Sequence record: PV754031.1
Direction: 5' to 3' (one strand)
DNA length: 64,000 nucleotides
The notes under the pieces are model-generated. The model had not been told where the DNA came from. It searched no databases and saw only the letters and a program-made list of their open reading frames with translations. How positions within the stretch are numbered: the stretch's first letter is position 1; the number at the start of each line of letters is the position of its first letter. The position numbers and the translations under genes are program-made. This document shows positions 22,884 to 32,901 of the stretch, piece after piece.

Positions 22884-22912
22884 CGTATATTCCTCTAAGT
22901 TTTCACAACTAC

Positions 22913-22940
22913 ACTAAAAAATAATTAAGATATATATTAC
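22913..22940 (+). promoter_or_regulatory. phiKZ-type early promoter (vRNAP)
   Basis: A-tract..TTAAGATA-TATATTAC (octamer at 22933-22940), upstream of the ORF at 22975. Confidence 0.8.
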
Positions 22941-22974
22941 TACTATGCATACAATATCTTAAGAGGTTAATGAC

Positions 22975-23370
22975 ATGTTTAATCAACAATATAATCCAAA
23001 TAGTTCAGCTAAGGTAATGGAGACATTACATGCCTGTGCTAAACTTATTAAGGAAATGTTTTATTATAATGATCAATATGTTCAAGTAGAATCGGCTTAT
23101 ACAGATGATCCAATCCAAGCATCCATTGAAACAGTAAATGATGGGTATTACAGATTAGTTATTCAAGACACCACACCAGATAGTACGTGGCCAGTGTGGG
23201 CAGTTGTTTTTATCAGACAACGTGGTGGAGATATTAAGTGTCTCCATATTATCAATCGTATTACTGGAGTATCTGCAAATATAGATACGCAATTCAACTG
23301 TGATTCTTTTTACTCTGTTATTGATTTACTATTAGATCATTATCGAGTATTAACTTCGATGGAATACTGA
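22975..23370 (+). CDS. Early hypothetical protein
   Basis: 131 aa, GAGGT RBS, downstream of an early promoter. Confidence 0.75.
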   Translation: MFNQQYNPNSSAKVMETLHACAKLIKEMFYYNDQYVQVESAYTDDPIQASIETVNDGYYRLVIQDTTPDSTWPVWAVVFIRQRGGDIKCLHIINRITGVSANIDTQFNCDSFYSVIDLLLDHYRVLTSMEY

Positions 23371-23380
23371 TATACATATT

Positions 23381-23402
23381 ACCCTCTCCTTCGGGAGGGG
23401 GT
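23381..23402 (+). terminator. Intrinsic terminator
   Basis: ACCCTCTCC-TTCG-GGAGGGGGT then TTAT. Confidence 0.8.
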
Positions 23403-23429
23403 TTATATCGCATTAATTTTTTTATTACA

Positions 23430-23456
23430 CTAAAAAAAGTTTAAGATCTATATTAC
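23430..23456 (+). promoter_or_regulatory. phiKZ-type early promoter
   Basis: AAAAAAAGTTTAAGATC-TATATTAC (octamer at 23449-23456). Confidence 0.8.
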
Positions 23457-23512
23457 AGACATGTATCTATATTGGATACTTATTAAAACTTAATGATTAG
23501 GAAAAATAGAAA

Positions 23513-23719
23513 ATGAAAGTACTAAAGATCGCAGCTGCAATTATCTCAACTGGTGCCCTCGCTGTTGCCGCTATTAATCTATATAAGGCCGTTTCTAAAT
23601 CAACCGTTATTGATGACACCGTAGCTGATGATGATACGGTACTAGACAGTGAAGTAGATATTCTAACTGATGAGCTAGATAAAATCGATATTGATGATAG
23701 TGCTCAACAAGTCGATTAA
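23513..23719 (+). CDS. Early small membrane-anchored acidic protein
   Basis: N-terminal hydrophobic helix, then an Asp-rich tail. Confidence 0.75.
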   Translation: MKVLKIAAAIISTGALAVAAINLYKAVSKSTVIDDTVADDDTVLDSEVDILTDELDKIDIDDSAQQVD

Positions 23720-23737
23720 ATAATAGGGTTATCGCTA

Positions 23738-24166
23738 ATGGCGGCATTCACTTTAGCAAACTTAATGGGTGAGCTAAAGAAGAGTTCCGTCATTGACTTA
23801 TTCAACGATGGAAAGGTCAAGGCAGAACTCTATCCAGCTCATATGACATATATGGGTAGTGTGGTTGACTTACATCGTGTAGGCGATACATTCAGCTTCT
23901 ATGTTGCAGATGGACATGGAGGCGTCACACGCTATCCATGTAGTAATCAGATTCTTGAATCGATAACATTAGAACCAGATGTTTATTATAAGTTAACTGG
24001 TAAAAAAGTTATTGAGAAAAGAATTGAATTACCAGCTGTTACAGTACCAATTGAAGAACCCGCTAAGCGCATGCCGCTGGAAACAATCACATCAGTTGCT
24101 GTTATTGGCGGGTTTATTTTGTACGTTGGTACACGGTTTTATAAAGCATGTAAAAAATTAAAATAA
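23738..24166 (+). CDS. Early protein with C-terminal membrane anchor
   Basis: ITSVAVIGGFILYVG followed by basic YKACKKLK. Confidence 0.75.
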   Translation: MAAFTLANLMGELKKSSVIDLFNDGKVKAELYPAHMTYMGSVVDLHRVGDTFSFYVADGHGGVTRYPCSNQILESITLEPDVYYKLTGKKVIEKRIELPAVTVPIEEPAKRMPLETITSVAVIGGFILYVGTRFYKACKKLK

Positions 24167-24173
24167 TACGGTC

Positions 24174-24872
24174 ATGCAGTATACTTTAGGTACAATAACC
24201 CTAGAGGAAACTGCAATGGCCGTATTAGACCGTCAATTTAATATTCGTTTAAATGGTGCTGATTTAGATAAACAAAAGCGAATTATTAAAGAAATTTATA
24301 CCAGGATTGCAAATGTGAATAACACAGTAATCAATGGTACTACTGTAAGACTGATTTTATTTGTTAAAGCTAATGGCCAAGTGGCTACTGGAAGCGATGC
24401 TATTAAACTAATCAACGATGCAGAAACTAATCTACAGGCGTGGGTTCTTTCTAATCGCTTTATCTTTAAATGGATGTTTAGCCATGCTAGTGATTTTGGT
24501 GCAATCTCTTCCAATTTTGAAGAAGTTTCACCAGGTGTTTATGATTGGAGTAAACGCCGTAGCTTTAATAAAGAATTTGATGATGAGCTAGCTAAAGCAA
24601 AAGAACGAAAACTAATTCGTCAAAATAAACCTACTCTATTTAAAACTATTAAGAAAGTAGGTAAAGCTGCATATGAAACTATTTCAGATAACTCAACTGC
24701 AATCGTAAGTTTAACTGCTATTGGACTATTAGCTCTTAAAGTAACATCTGATCATAATCAAGTTATTAACCAAATGAATGTTATTAAGAAATCAATTGGT
24801 AATATTGAGCTACCACCTGTTGAAGTAATCGTAAATACAGTTGGTGATGTATTAGATATCGATTTGTATTAA
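24174..24872 (+). CDS. Early protein with a C-proximal hydrophobic helix
   Basis: 232 aa; STAIVSLTAIGLLAL segment. Confidence 0.7.
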   Translation: MQYTLGTITLEETAMAVLDRQFNIRLNGADLDKQKRIIKEIYTRIANVNNTVINGTTVRLILFVKANGQVATGSDAIKLINDAETNLQAWVLSNRFIFKWMFSHASDFGAISSNFEEVSPGVYDWSKRRSFNKEFDDELAKAKERKLIRQNKPTLFKTIKKVGKAAYETISDNSTAIVSLTAIGLLALKVTSDHNQVINQMNVIKKSIGNIELPPVEVIVNTVGDVLDIDLY

Positions 24873-24874
24873 GT

Positions 24875-24910
24875 GCATAACGCCCTCCCATTACGGGAGG
24901 GCTATATGTC
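24875..24910. terminator. Bidirectional terminator (CATAA-GCCCTC family)
   Basis: cataacGCCCTCCC-ATTAC-GGGAGGGCtatatg between convergent genes. Confidence 0.85.
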
Positions 24911-24917
24911 GTTAATA

Positions 24918-25433
24918 TCAATCGTTTTCTAATTCTTTTTCTCGTGCAGCATCCATCCGCTCCATAAATGCATTGGATTCCTCCATGATGATACCGATTT
25001 CAGTTTCACCTTCTTCAATAGTGTAATTCTCAAATTCCTCATCAGGAATATCTGGAATCTCACGTGGTGTTGCAGGGACATCATTCGGATCACGTATTAA
25101 TGGATTACGGTTCATTTGCATCTTAACGAATTCAGCAAAGCCTTCAGCAAGTTCACGGTTAGAGCGTGCACCCTCAGAATCAACTTGAATACGACGGTTA
25201 GCAATTGTTGTCTTATCCATTGAATCTGTTAATTTAAGAATCATATCAACTGATTCTTTATCAGTAGGTACTTTACCAGTTGTATTTTCTAATACAGCTT
25301 TTAGTACTTTCTCTTTAACTGATTGTGTATACCGTATCTGCTGCTCATATTCTAGATCAGCATATACCTTTTCTTCTGTAGTTGATGATTTCTTTTCTAA
25401 AGGCTCATCAGATAAATCTGCACCATGGAACAT
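24918..25433 (-). CDS. Acidic conserved hypothetical protein
   Basis: 171-aa ORF with GAGGA RBS. Confidence 0.75.
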   Translation of the reverse strand: MFHGADLSDEPLEKKSSTTEEKVYADLEYEQQIRYTQSVKEKVLKAVLENTTGKVPTDKESVDMILKLTDSMDKTTIANRRIQVDSEGARSNRELAEGFAEFVKMQMNRNPLIRDPNDVPATPREIPDIPDEEFENYTIEEGETEIGIIMEESNAFMERMDAAREKELEND

Positions 25434-25512
25434 TTTATTATCCTCTAATTAGTAATAGTAATACCTAACATACTTACCATATGCTAAGTATCTGAAAAAT
25501 AGGTCCTATATC

Positions 25513-26037
25513 ATGTTTAAGAAACTTATTCAATATTTCCGGGGCTTCCAAAAGGAAGTTGGTAAAGAACAACTTCTAACTGAATTAGAACGGATAGATA
25601 AAGATATTATTTCAGGTGAAGAACGATTAAAAGCTATTAATAATTTCTGGCAATTAATTAATCTGGATGAATTAAAAACTCTGACCATCAGGAAGATGAT
25701 AGGTGTTCCTGTCTATCTAAGACATTACAGTATTGGTTATTTATTAGATGCTCTAACTAGGTTAAATGATCATATTGCAAATGAAGATGATCTAAAGATT
25801 AGTGAAATGTGTCGTACTGAGTTTATCGACAGGAAATCAATTGACCTTGATGAATATTTTATAAACAGTAATGATAGTTTTATTGATGTATGTAAATCTA
25901 TTGAAACTATGCGTGACTTAATTTGGCAACAAACTGAATATCTTGAACAGATTAACCATCAAGCATATCAGCGCCAGATGGATAGAATGTACTATGATAT
26001 TATTGAACTATCAAGAGCAATTATTAAGTTACTATGA
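25513..26037 (+). CDS. Hypothetical helical protein
   Basis: 174-aa ORF with AGGT RBS. Confidence 0.7.
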   Translation: MFKKLIQYFRGFQKEVGKEQLLTELERIDKDIISGEERLKAINNFWQLINLDELKTLTIRKMIGVPVYLRHYSIGYLLDALTRLNDHIANEDDLKISEMCRTEFIDRKSIDLDEYFINSNDSFIDVCKSIETMRDLIWQQTEYLEQINHQAYQRQMDRMYYDIIELSRAIIKLL

Positions 26038-26107
26038 GGTGCAGACTATACAAGTATAAATTAATATAAAGTGTGTTTATTATCAATTCACCGTAGGTGT
26101 AAAAAAG

Positions 26108-26869
26108 ATGGAATCTGTAAAAGACTTATTAAGCGATCCTCAAAAAGGATTAAGGCAGGCAGAAGGGGTTTTGTGTTATGTTTTCCGGGAAGTACTACTG
26201 TGGCGTAATATGACACAGTTTGCTTGGGATAAACGTTTGAATGCATACTTTCAAAAACCACATAACAAGAATAACCCAGATAAAGGTAATCTTAATAAAG
26301 CACTTAAAGCTGATACAATGAGTTGGGATGGCTTTAAGAAAGCTATTGATTTCTTATCACCTGTTAAAGCAACATTAGAGGTACGTCTGATTTGGGGTAC
26401 ATCAAAACCTGATTCAGTTTATACGATCAATATCGATCCAACTGAAGATGAGGTAACTTGCTCTGCAAATGATTTCCCCTATGAAGAATGTGAAATTTTT
26501 AAGAATCAAAAACCAGCTACAACTACAATGGCCCATCTGTATAGGCATATTCTCTGGAAAGAAGGAATTAACCAGGAGAAGTGGGATAAGCTATGGGAAG
26601 AGTTTTTAAATAATCCAGTCAACCTTGTAGGATTGGATAAAAAGAAACTTACCTCATTGGCTAATACACAAAGGCGTGGTTTACTATCGCCCAATATGTC
26701 TTGGAATACATTAAGACGTGGATTCCTACTACTACGGCCTAAAGAGGAGAGATACACTCTTTCTCTACAATGGACTGATGATCCTAATCTTCGAGATAAA
26801 CTAGAGGACAGTGTGCATATTGTTCCTGTACCTGATCCTCATTGGGTGGAGCCTAATTCAAATGAATAA
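26108..26869 (+). CDS. Tandem-duplicated-domain protein
   Basis: Both halves share the pattern R..L.....xWDK...MSW......L.P......L.W. Confidence 0.75.
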   Translation: MESVKDLLSDPQKGLRQAEGVLCYVFREVLLWRNMTQFAWDKRLNAYFQKPHNKNNPDKGNLNKALKADTMSWDGFKKAIDFLSPVKATLEVRLIWGTSKPDSVYTINIDPTEDEVTCSANDFPYEECEIFKNQKPATTTMAHLYRHILWKEGINQEKWDKLWEEFLNNPVNLVGLDKKKLTSLANTQRRGLLSPNMSWNTLRRGFLLLRPKEERYTLSLQWTDDPNLRDKLEDSVHIVPVPDPHWVEPNSNE

Positions 26870-27302
26870 TCCAGAAACCCCATGGGTACAAAATAATTAT
26901 CCTGTAGATAGCATCATTGTAGATCAGAGCGGTAATACACCGCTTCCTGATCTATTTCAGTTTAATGGAAAAGAGAAGAAGACCACACTTGATAATGAGA
27001 ATTTCTTTTCATTCAAAGGTCTTCGGATGTATCTCATCACTGGTAAAAAAGAAAAGGCTTTTCTTCAACCAGAGGTTAATTCCCATTATAAATTAGACTA
27101 TGGTTTAAAGTATCAATACGTAGATGGACTTACCAATATCCTTCGTGATACCCTATTATTAAATCTTAATAGTCGACCATTCGTTTTATTTAAAGCAAAA
27201 AGTTTTGGTCCATTAGTTTTATCAGGAGCAAACCTAACCATTCAAGAAAAAGAATGGTTTGAAATTGTTTGTGATGTTATTAAATCAATCAAACAGAGAT
27301 AA
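26862..27302 (+). CDS. Hypothetical protein
   Basis: ATG 26862 overlaps the upstream stop (ATGAATAA). Confidence 0.65.
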   Translation: MNNPETPWVQNNYPVDSIIVDQSGNTPLPDLFQFNGKEKKTTLDNENFFSFKGLRMYLITGKKEKAFLQPEVNSHYKLDYGLKYQYVDGLTNILRDTLLLNLNSRPFVLFKAKSFGPLVLSGANLTIQEKEWFEIVCDVIKSIKQR

Positions 27303-27306
27303 CTTA

Positions 27307-28233
27307 ATGCATACTGAACATAGCCTTAAAATCAGTAAAAAGATTAACTTCCTTGTGCAAGTAGAAGCACGTATTAATGAACTATATCAGCAAAGACAAA
27401 ATATGTCAATTGATCAATTCTCAAAAGAATTTTTCAATGAATCACCTGATGTAGTTAAACAAGCTATCACTGAGCTATATACAACATATCCATTCCAAGA
27501 TGAAACTAATCCAAAACGGCAAAACCTTCGTTTAGCTATATTTATCCACGATAATGATGTTAGTTGGATTAGTTCAATTCTAGGCGTAGATGAATTTAAT
27601 AATGTTTTAAGGCACGCAGATATTTTTTATAATTATGTTAGTAGTTGCGAGACTGTTGTTCAGCGTAATTATTATGCGTCTTTACCAGATTACCGTGGCT
27701 ACATGTATGCTATCTATGAAGAGGCATTCAACCGCGTTGCCCCACTAGTCAATAAGTATTTAGATATTGATGCACATGACAGTGTTTCATTTTTAGAAAC
27801 ACCCCATGTTCTACCAAAAAAGAGTGTATCTATTAAAGATATTATTGATCCATTTGGTCCATATAAACCTAATTACTGTATTAGTGATATTTATAGTGCA
27901 CAAGCTACACAAGTAACAGAAAATACATATATCGCAGTTAATACATTTATCCGTACTGAGGTATATGAAAGACTATGTGCTGAAGGCGATACTGTAGATA
28001 AGATTGTTATTTCAGATAAACAAAGTATTATTAATGATGAGGATTATATTAAACTAGTCCAAGATAAGATTAATGCATTCCATAAAGAAATGGTAGATAA
28101 TGATTTTATACTTTATGCGCCGTTTAATATGTCCAGGTTAATTTATGTAATGAAGGCTAAATATCCGATTAAAGTTACTATTAGTTGTAAGGGATTCAAG
28201 CATATTGGAAAATTTATTGCTTATAAAAAATAG
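27307..28233 (+). CDS. Hypothetical protein
   Basis: Long ORF; ATG 27307 follows the upstream stop. Confidence 0.7.
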   Translation: MHTEHSLKISKKINFLVQVEARINELYQQRQNMSIDQFSKEFFNESPDVVKQAITELYTTYPFQDETNPKRQNLRLAIFIHDNDVSWISSILGVDEFNNVLRHADIFYNYVSSCETVVQRNYYASLPDYRGYMYAIYEEAFNRVAPLVNKYLDIDAHDSVSFLETPHVLPKKSVSIKDIIDPFGPYKPNYCISDIYSAQATQVTENTYIAVNTFIRTEVYERLCAEGDTVDKIVISDKQSIINDEDYIKLVQDKINAFHKEMVDNDFILYAPFNMSRLIYVMKAKYPIKVTISCKGFKHIGKFIAYKK

Positions 28234-28244
28234 TAGTTTTTAAT

Positions 28245-29381
<1,137 letters not shown>

Positions 29382-29418
29382 CAGCATAAGCCCTCCCATT
29401 ACGGGAGGGCATTATGTC
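29382..29418. terminator. Bidirectional terminator (CATAA-GCCCTC family)
   Basis: cagcataaGCCCTCCC-ATTAC-GGGAGGGCattatgtc. Confidence 0.85.
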
Positions 29419-29432
29419 TTTTTTTTTTATTT

Positions 29433-30245
29433 TTAACGCATGAAGCCAGGGCGCCTATGTTTAACTGGTGAAATATCCCAGCCAAGACTTTTCGCTAGAT
29501 CTGTCACATTGGTGATATCAGAACATTCAAAACCCATGTTAATTTGACGTTCACGTTCACGCTGTACCTGATATAGAGTATCAGGCGTGATAACCATTAA
29601 TTGATCTTCATAGTTCTCTAATGCAGGGGAATTCCATTTATTAGCACCGTAAATACCACCTTCCCCAACCATATCCCAAGTTGAAATCTCACGGGTATAT
29701 TTGATACCGCGCATAGGATCATCTTGAGTTATTGACCTTACCGAGCAATAAGTATTCTGAGAAGGATTGGTAATAGATGCTTCGAAGTACTTACCAAAAG
29801 GACCGTATGGTTTGCATTTGCCAAGTACTAGTTTAATAGGAAGACCTTTCTCATCTGTAGAATCAACCAGAATAAGTTCCTTAATATGCGCACACACACG
29901 ATCATCATCGATTTGACGAATTCGCATTAGGTACTCATGTTCATTCATCCGTGTGCCATCTTTACGATAGGGTTCAGGGTGTTTGTATTCCATGAATAGA
30001 ACACCCTTTTTAACACGGCGCATTAAAGGTGAGTCTGGATTAAACATAGATACGCCGGATGCCATTTCATAGAACATACCAGCTGAATTTCGGGTACCAT
30101 AAGCTCCTAGTGGAGTTAGATAGTAACCATCCGCATCAGGTACTAATACACCTTTTTTATTAGTACCGGCTAACATATCACTGCCGATAACTACTTGGTT
30201 ATTAGTACGCTGTTGCAAACCAGAAAAATTAGAATATGGTTGCAT
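29433..30245 (-). CDS. Prohead (head maturation) serine protease (phiKZ gp175-like)
   Basis: 270 aa; EYKHP (His89) and YCSVRS (Ser168); ALE ending at residue 210 matches the recalled C-terminal autocleavage site. Confidence 0.88.
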   Translation of the reverse strand: MQPYSNFSGLQQRTNNQVVIGSDMLAGTNKKGVLVPDADGYYLTPLGAYGTRNSAGMFYEMASGVSMFNPDSPLMRRVKKGVLFMEYKHPEPYRKDGTRMNEHEYLMRIRQIDDDRVCAHIKELILVDSTDEKGLPIKLVLGKCKPYGPFGKYFEASITNPSQNTYCSVRSITQDDPMRGIKYTREISTWDMVGEGGIYGANKWNSPALENYEDQLMVITPDTLYQVQRERERQINMGFECSDITNVTDLAKSLGWDISPVKHRRPGFMR

Positions 30246-30256
30246 AACGCAACTCC

Positions 30257-30985
30257 TTAGGTCCTGAGGAGTTCTTCAATAAGCTCTACTGACTCAGATG
30301 GGTTAACAAGTGCTGATGTGATACCTTGATCAAAATAAGCCCCATTGAGTTTTGATGTTGTGTCTGAAGTATTCCAGATAACTGAACGGAATGGTACGTC
30401 GACTGGTGGATTATCCACGATATCACTGTGTCTAGTTAACACATGTCGATATAGTTGTGATATATCATCCGAGGCACGCTGAGTGGTTGAAATAATAAGT
30501 TGTAATGTAGACCATCCACCAAGGTTAACACCAGCGTGTAAATTAGCTGTCTCAAATAATTTGGCTTTGTCATAATAGTTAATATACCAAGGGAAGTTTC
30601 CTTTGTTAATTAACTCATCATAGACATAGTAAGTTAATGTATCATTAACAACTAAGTAAGTATTCTGGAAAATCTTACTACCTTTATCAAAATGAAATTC
30701 TAGATAAACTTCACCATTGATGTGGACGCGTTCAGTAGAGATTGGATTTATCCGCATCATTGCAATGGTATTATTTACTGCGTAATATTCATCATTAAAA
30801 ATAATAGGAAATATACCAATAGTGAATACTTCACTACCAATAACAGCTAGATGTCTTCCTGTAAATCTTTCTGGAATCTGTATTTTACATGGGGCATTAG
30901 TTACTACTGAATTATCTTCTAAATCAGTTAGATGACTGTGGACCCGTTCTGGATCCCGTCGAAGAGAACGTACGTCCATTATCAT
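30257..30985 (-). CDS. Probable virion RNAP beta' C-terminal subunit (phiKZ gp176-like)
   Basis: GVNLGGWSTLQLIISTTQR resembles bacterial beta' GVKINDKHIEVIVRQMLR; the C-terminus resembles beta' region H; syntenic with SPN3US gp244 (recalled). Confidence 0.6.
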   Translation of the reverse strand: MIMDVRSLRRDPERVHSHLTDLEDNSVVTNAPCKIQIPERFTGRHLAVIGSEVFTIGIFPIIFNDEYYAVNNTIAMMRINPISTERVHINGEVYLEFHFDKGSKIFQNTYLVVNDTLTYYVYDELINKGNFPWYINYYDKAKLFETANLHAGVNLGGWSTLQLIISTTQRASDDISQLYRHVLTRHSDIVDNPPVDVPFRSVIWNTSDTTSKLNGAYFDQGITSALVNPSESVELIEELLRT

Positions 30986-31058
30986 GTCCTAATTGTTCAT
31001 TTATGTAAAGATTAAAATACTTAATCAAAATCATGCACCTTTAAATATTCGCTGTATT

Positions 31059-31086
31059 ACTCCGGTATCCTTCCAAATACCGGAGT
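31059..31086 (-). terminator. Hairpin, probable terminator
   Basis: ACTCCGGTAT-CCTTCCAA-ATACCGGAGT downstream of the 31133 stop. Confidence 0.6.
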
Positions 31087-31132
31087 TTATCATCGATTGC
31101 ATGTTTTAATGATTATTAACCATTAAGATAAT

Positions 31133-32692
31133 TTAATTAGAAACTTCTTCTTCGATTTCAACATCATCTAAAGTTTCAGTGCTATCATCTTCTACAGTTT
31201 CAATAACTTCTTTTACTGGTAGTTTTGCATAAGGATCAACAACACCAGTGAACCGCTCAACTTTAATCTGTTGAGACAGCCATGCTGCCATTAGTGAAAT
31301 TAGTGATTGTGTATTGAGTTCACGTAGAGTGGCCTCAGGATACATTTGACTAAATTCATCAACTGCTAGCAGATATTGCCAGTAAACATTTTCTGTAAAG
31401 AATGTTTTACAGATAAGTTTACCAAAGGTGATATAAGGATTCTTAAGATCTTCAGTCGTCATCGTACTCATTGCTTCTTTAATACGATATTCGAGTTCAT
31501 TAACATGGCGATCTTTAAGTTCAGTATTAATGACACCATCCATAAATGATTCATGAATGTCATTGCGTAGTTTACGTAAACCTTTATCCATAGCCGATTG
31601 TTTAATCAGCGGATATACTGATAGCCAACGTTGAATAAACTGTTCTGAGTTATTAAGAATCTGTTCTAGGTAAATGTTATTACTACCTGCTACAGCTGCA
31701 CCAAGGATAGCTTGGATGTCACCACCGGCTAATTCAAATTGAGGTGCAACATCACCATTAATGATTACTTTGCAACGAGAATTAGCAACTACATTATTAG
31801 CTTCTGAGGCTAGGATGAGTAGACCTGCATCACGATCAGCTTGACGACGTTCATAAGCACGCTTGAGATAGAATCCAAACATCTCATGTAGTTTACGAAT
31901 AGTTAGTGACCATGTTTCTAGGTCAACATCACTCTCGCCAATAACTTCAACCGGGTTATCGATGTAGTGACCGCAAATCATGTAAGCCAGAGCTAGTGAA
32001 TCAACAGTGAATGGGAAGGACCTACCCACAACATATTCAAGTTCACCTGGAATGAGAAGACGACCATCATTGAAGATAGAATTCCACACACCTTCAATAA
32101 CAGCGGCACTATTAGGAATAGATAGTAGCCATTCTTCAACTTCAGTTTGATCTAGATGCGGATTACCCATTGACACTAACCGAATAATTTCATTAGCATC
32201 AATTGATTCTAGAATAAAGGTACGATACTCAGGTAGCGGCTGTAAATTATTGTATCGTGTACTAACGTGTGCAGTTAAGCGTGGATCACTATGAACTGCA
32301 TTATAGTGGTAGAATGTAGCGCTTACATCTGGTTGACAACTAATGCTTTGACGCTCATTAAAAACACGTACCATATATTCAATTGCAGGGCAAATAACAT
32401 TCTGCGTATTGAATTGGATCTTTTGTAATGATGAGCAGACATGTGCAATCAGAGCTTCTTGCTCTTCTTCTACACTAACAGGTTGCTCTTGGTTAGCTTC
32501 CTCGAAGAACTCTTCTACAGATGCTTCCAGCTCTTCAGAGAGGGCAACTTTATTAGAGTTGCCATCTACACTGAAACCATCTGCAAAGACCGCAAGGGGA
32601 TATGTTTCATTAGGGATAACTAGAACAAGGTTATCCTCAGTTAGACTACGTGCTGAGCCAACAATCGCAGCTTGGGTTTCTTTACAGAACAT
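31133..32692 (-). CDS. Virion head protein (phiKZ gp177-like)
   Basis: 519 aa; acidic termini with ASVE/SVEE motifs. Confidence 0.65.
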   Translation of the reverse strand: MFCKETQAAIVGSARSLTEDNLVLVIPNETYPLAVFADGFSVDGNSNKVALSEELEASVEEFFEEANQEQPVSVEEEQEALIAHVCSSLQKIQFNTQNVICPAIEYMVRVFNERQSISCQPDVSATFYHYNAVHSDPRLTAHVSTRYNNLQPLPEYRTFILESIDANEIIRLVSMGNPHLDQTEVEEWLLSIPNSAAVIEGVWNSIFNDGRLLIPGELEYVVGRSFPFTVDSLALAYMICGHYIDNPVEVIGESDVDLETWSLTIRKLHEMFGFYLKRAYERRQADRDAGLLILASEANNVVANSRCKVIINGDVAPQFELAGGDIQAILGAAVAGSNNIYLEQILNNSEQFIQRWLSVYPLIKQSAMDKGLRKLRNDIHESFMDGVINTELKDRHVNELEYRIKEAMSTMTTEDLKNPYITFGKLICKTFFTENVYWQYLLAVDEFSQMYPEATLRELNTQSLISLMAAWLSQQIKVERFTGVVDPYAKLPVKEVIETVEDDSTETLDDVEIEEEVSN

Positions 32693-32703
32693 TTTAACAC
32701 TCC

Positions 32704-32901
32704 TTAGATATTGAGGTTCTTCATTAAGCGAGCGTTTAAAGCTGCTGCAATATCAGCCTCAGTTAAAAACTCCCCATTCAGAGATGGGGAGCTGGTGGTG
32801 CCACCAAGCGATTGTAGAATTGCTTGAGTACCTAGTTTAACAGCAGCATGAAGAACAGCAATGTTCTGACCATGTGCTACATTATTACTTAGCTTTTGCA
32901 T
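32704..32901 (-). CDS. Small hypothetical protein co-transcribed with vRNAP genes
   Basis: 65 aa, strong GAGGA RBS, overlaps the end of beta-N. Confidence 0.7.
   Translation of the reverse strand: MQKLSNNVAHGQNIAVLHAAVKLGTQAILQSLGGTTSSPSLNGEFLTEADIAAALNARLMKNLNI

Noticed and set aside
22726-22917. Plus-strand 63-aa ORF from the track
   Set aside because: Antisense shadow of the 58-aa minus-strand gene, which has an RBS, a terminator and a recognisable sequence.
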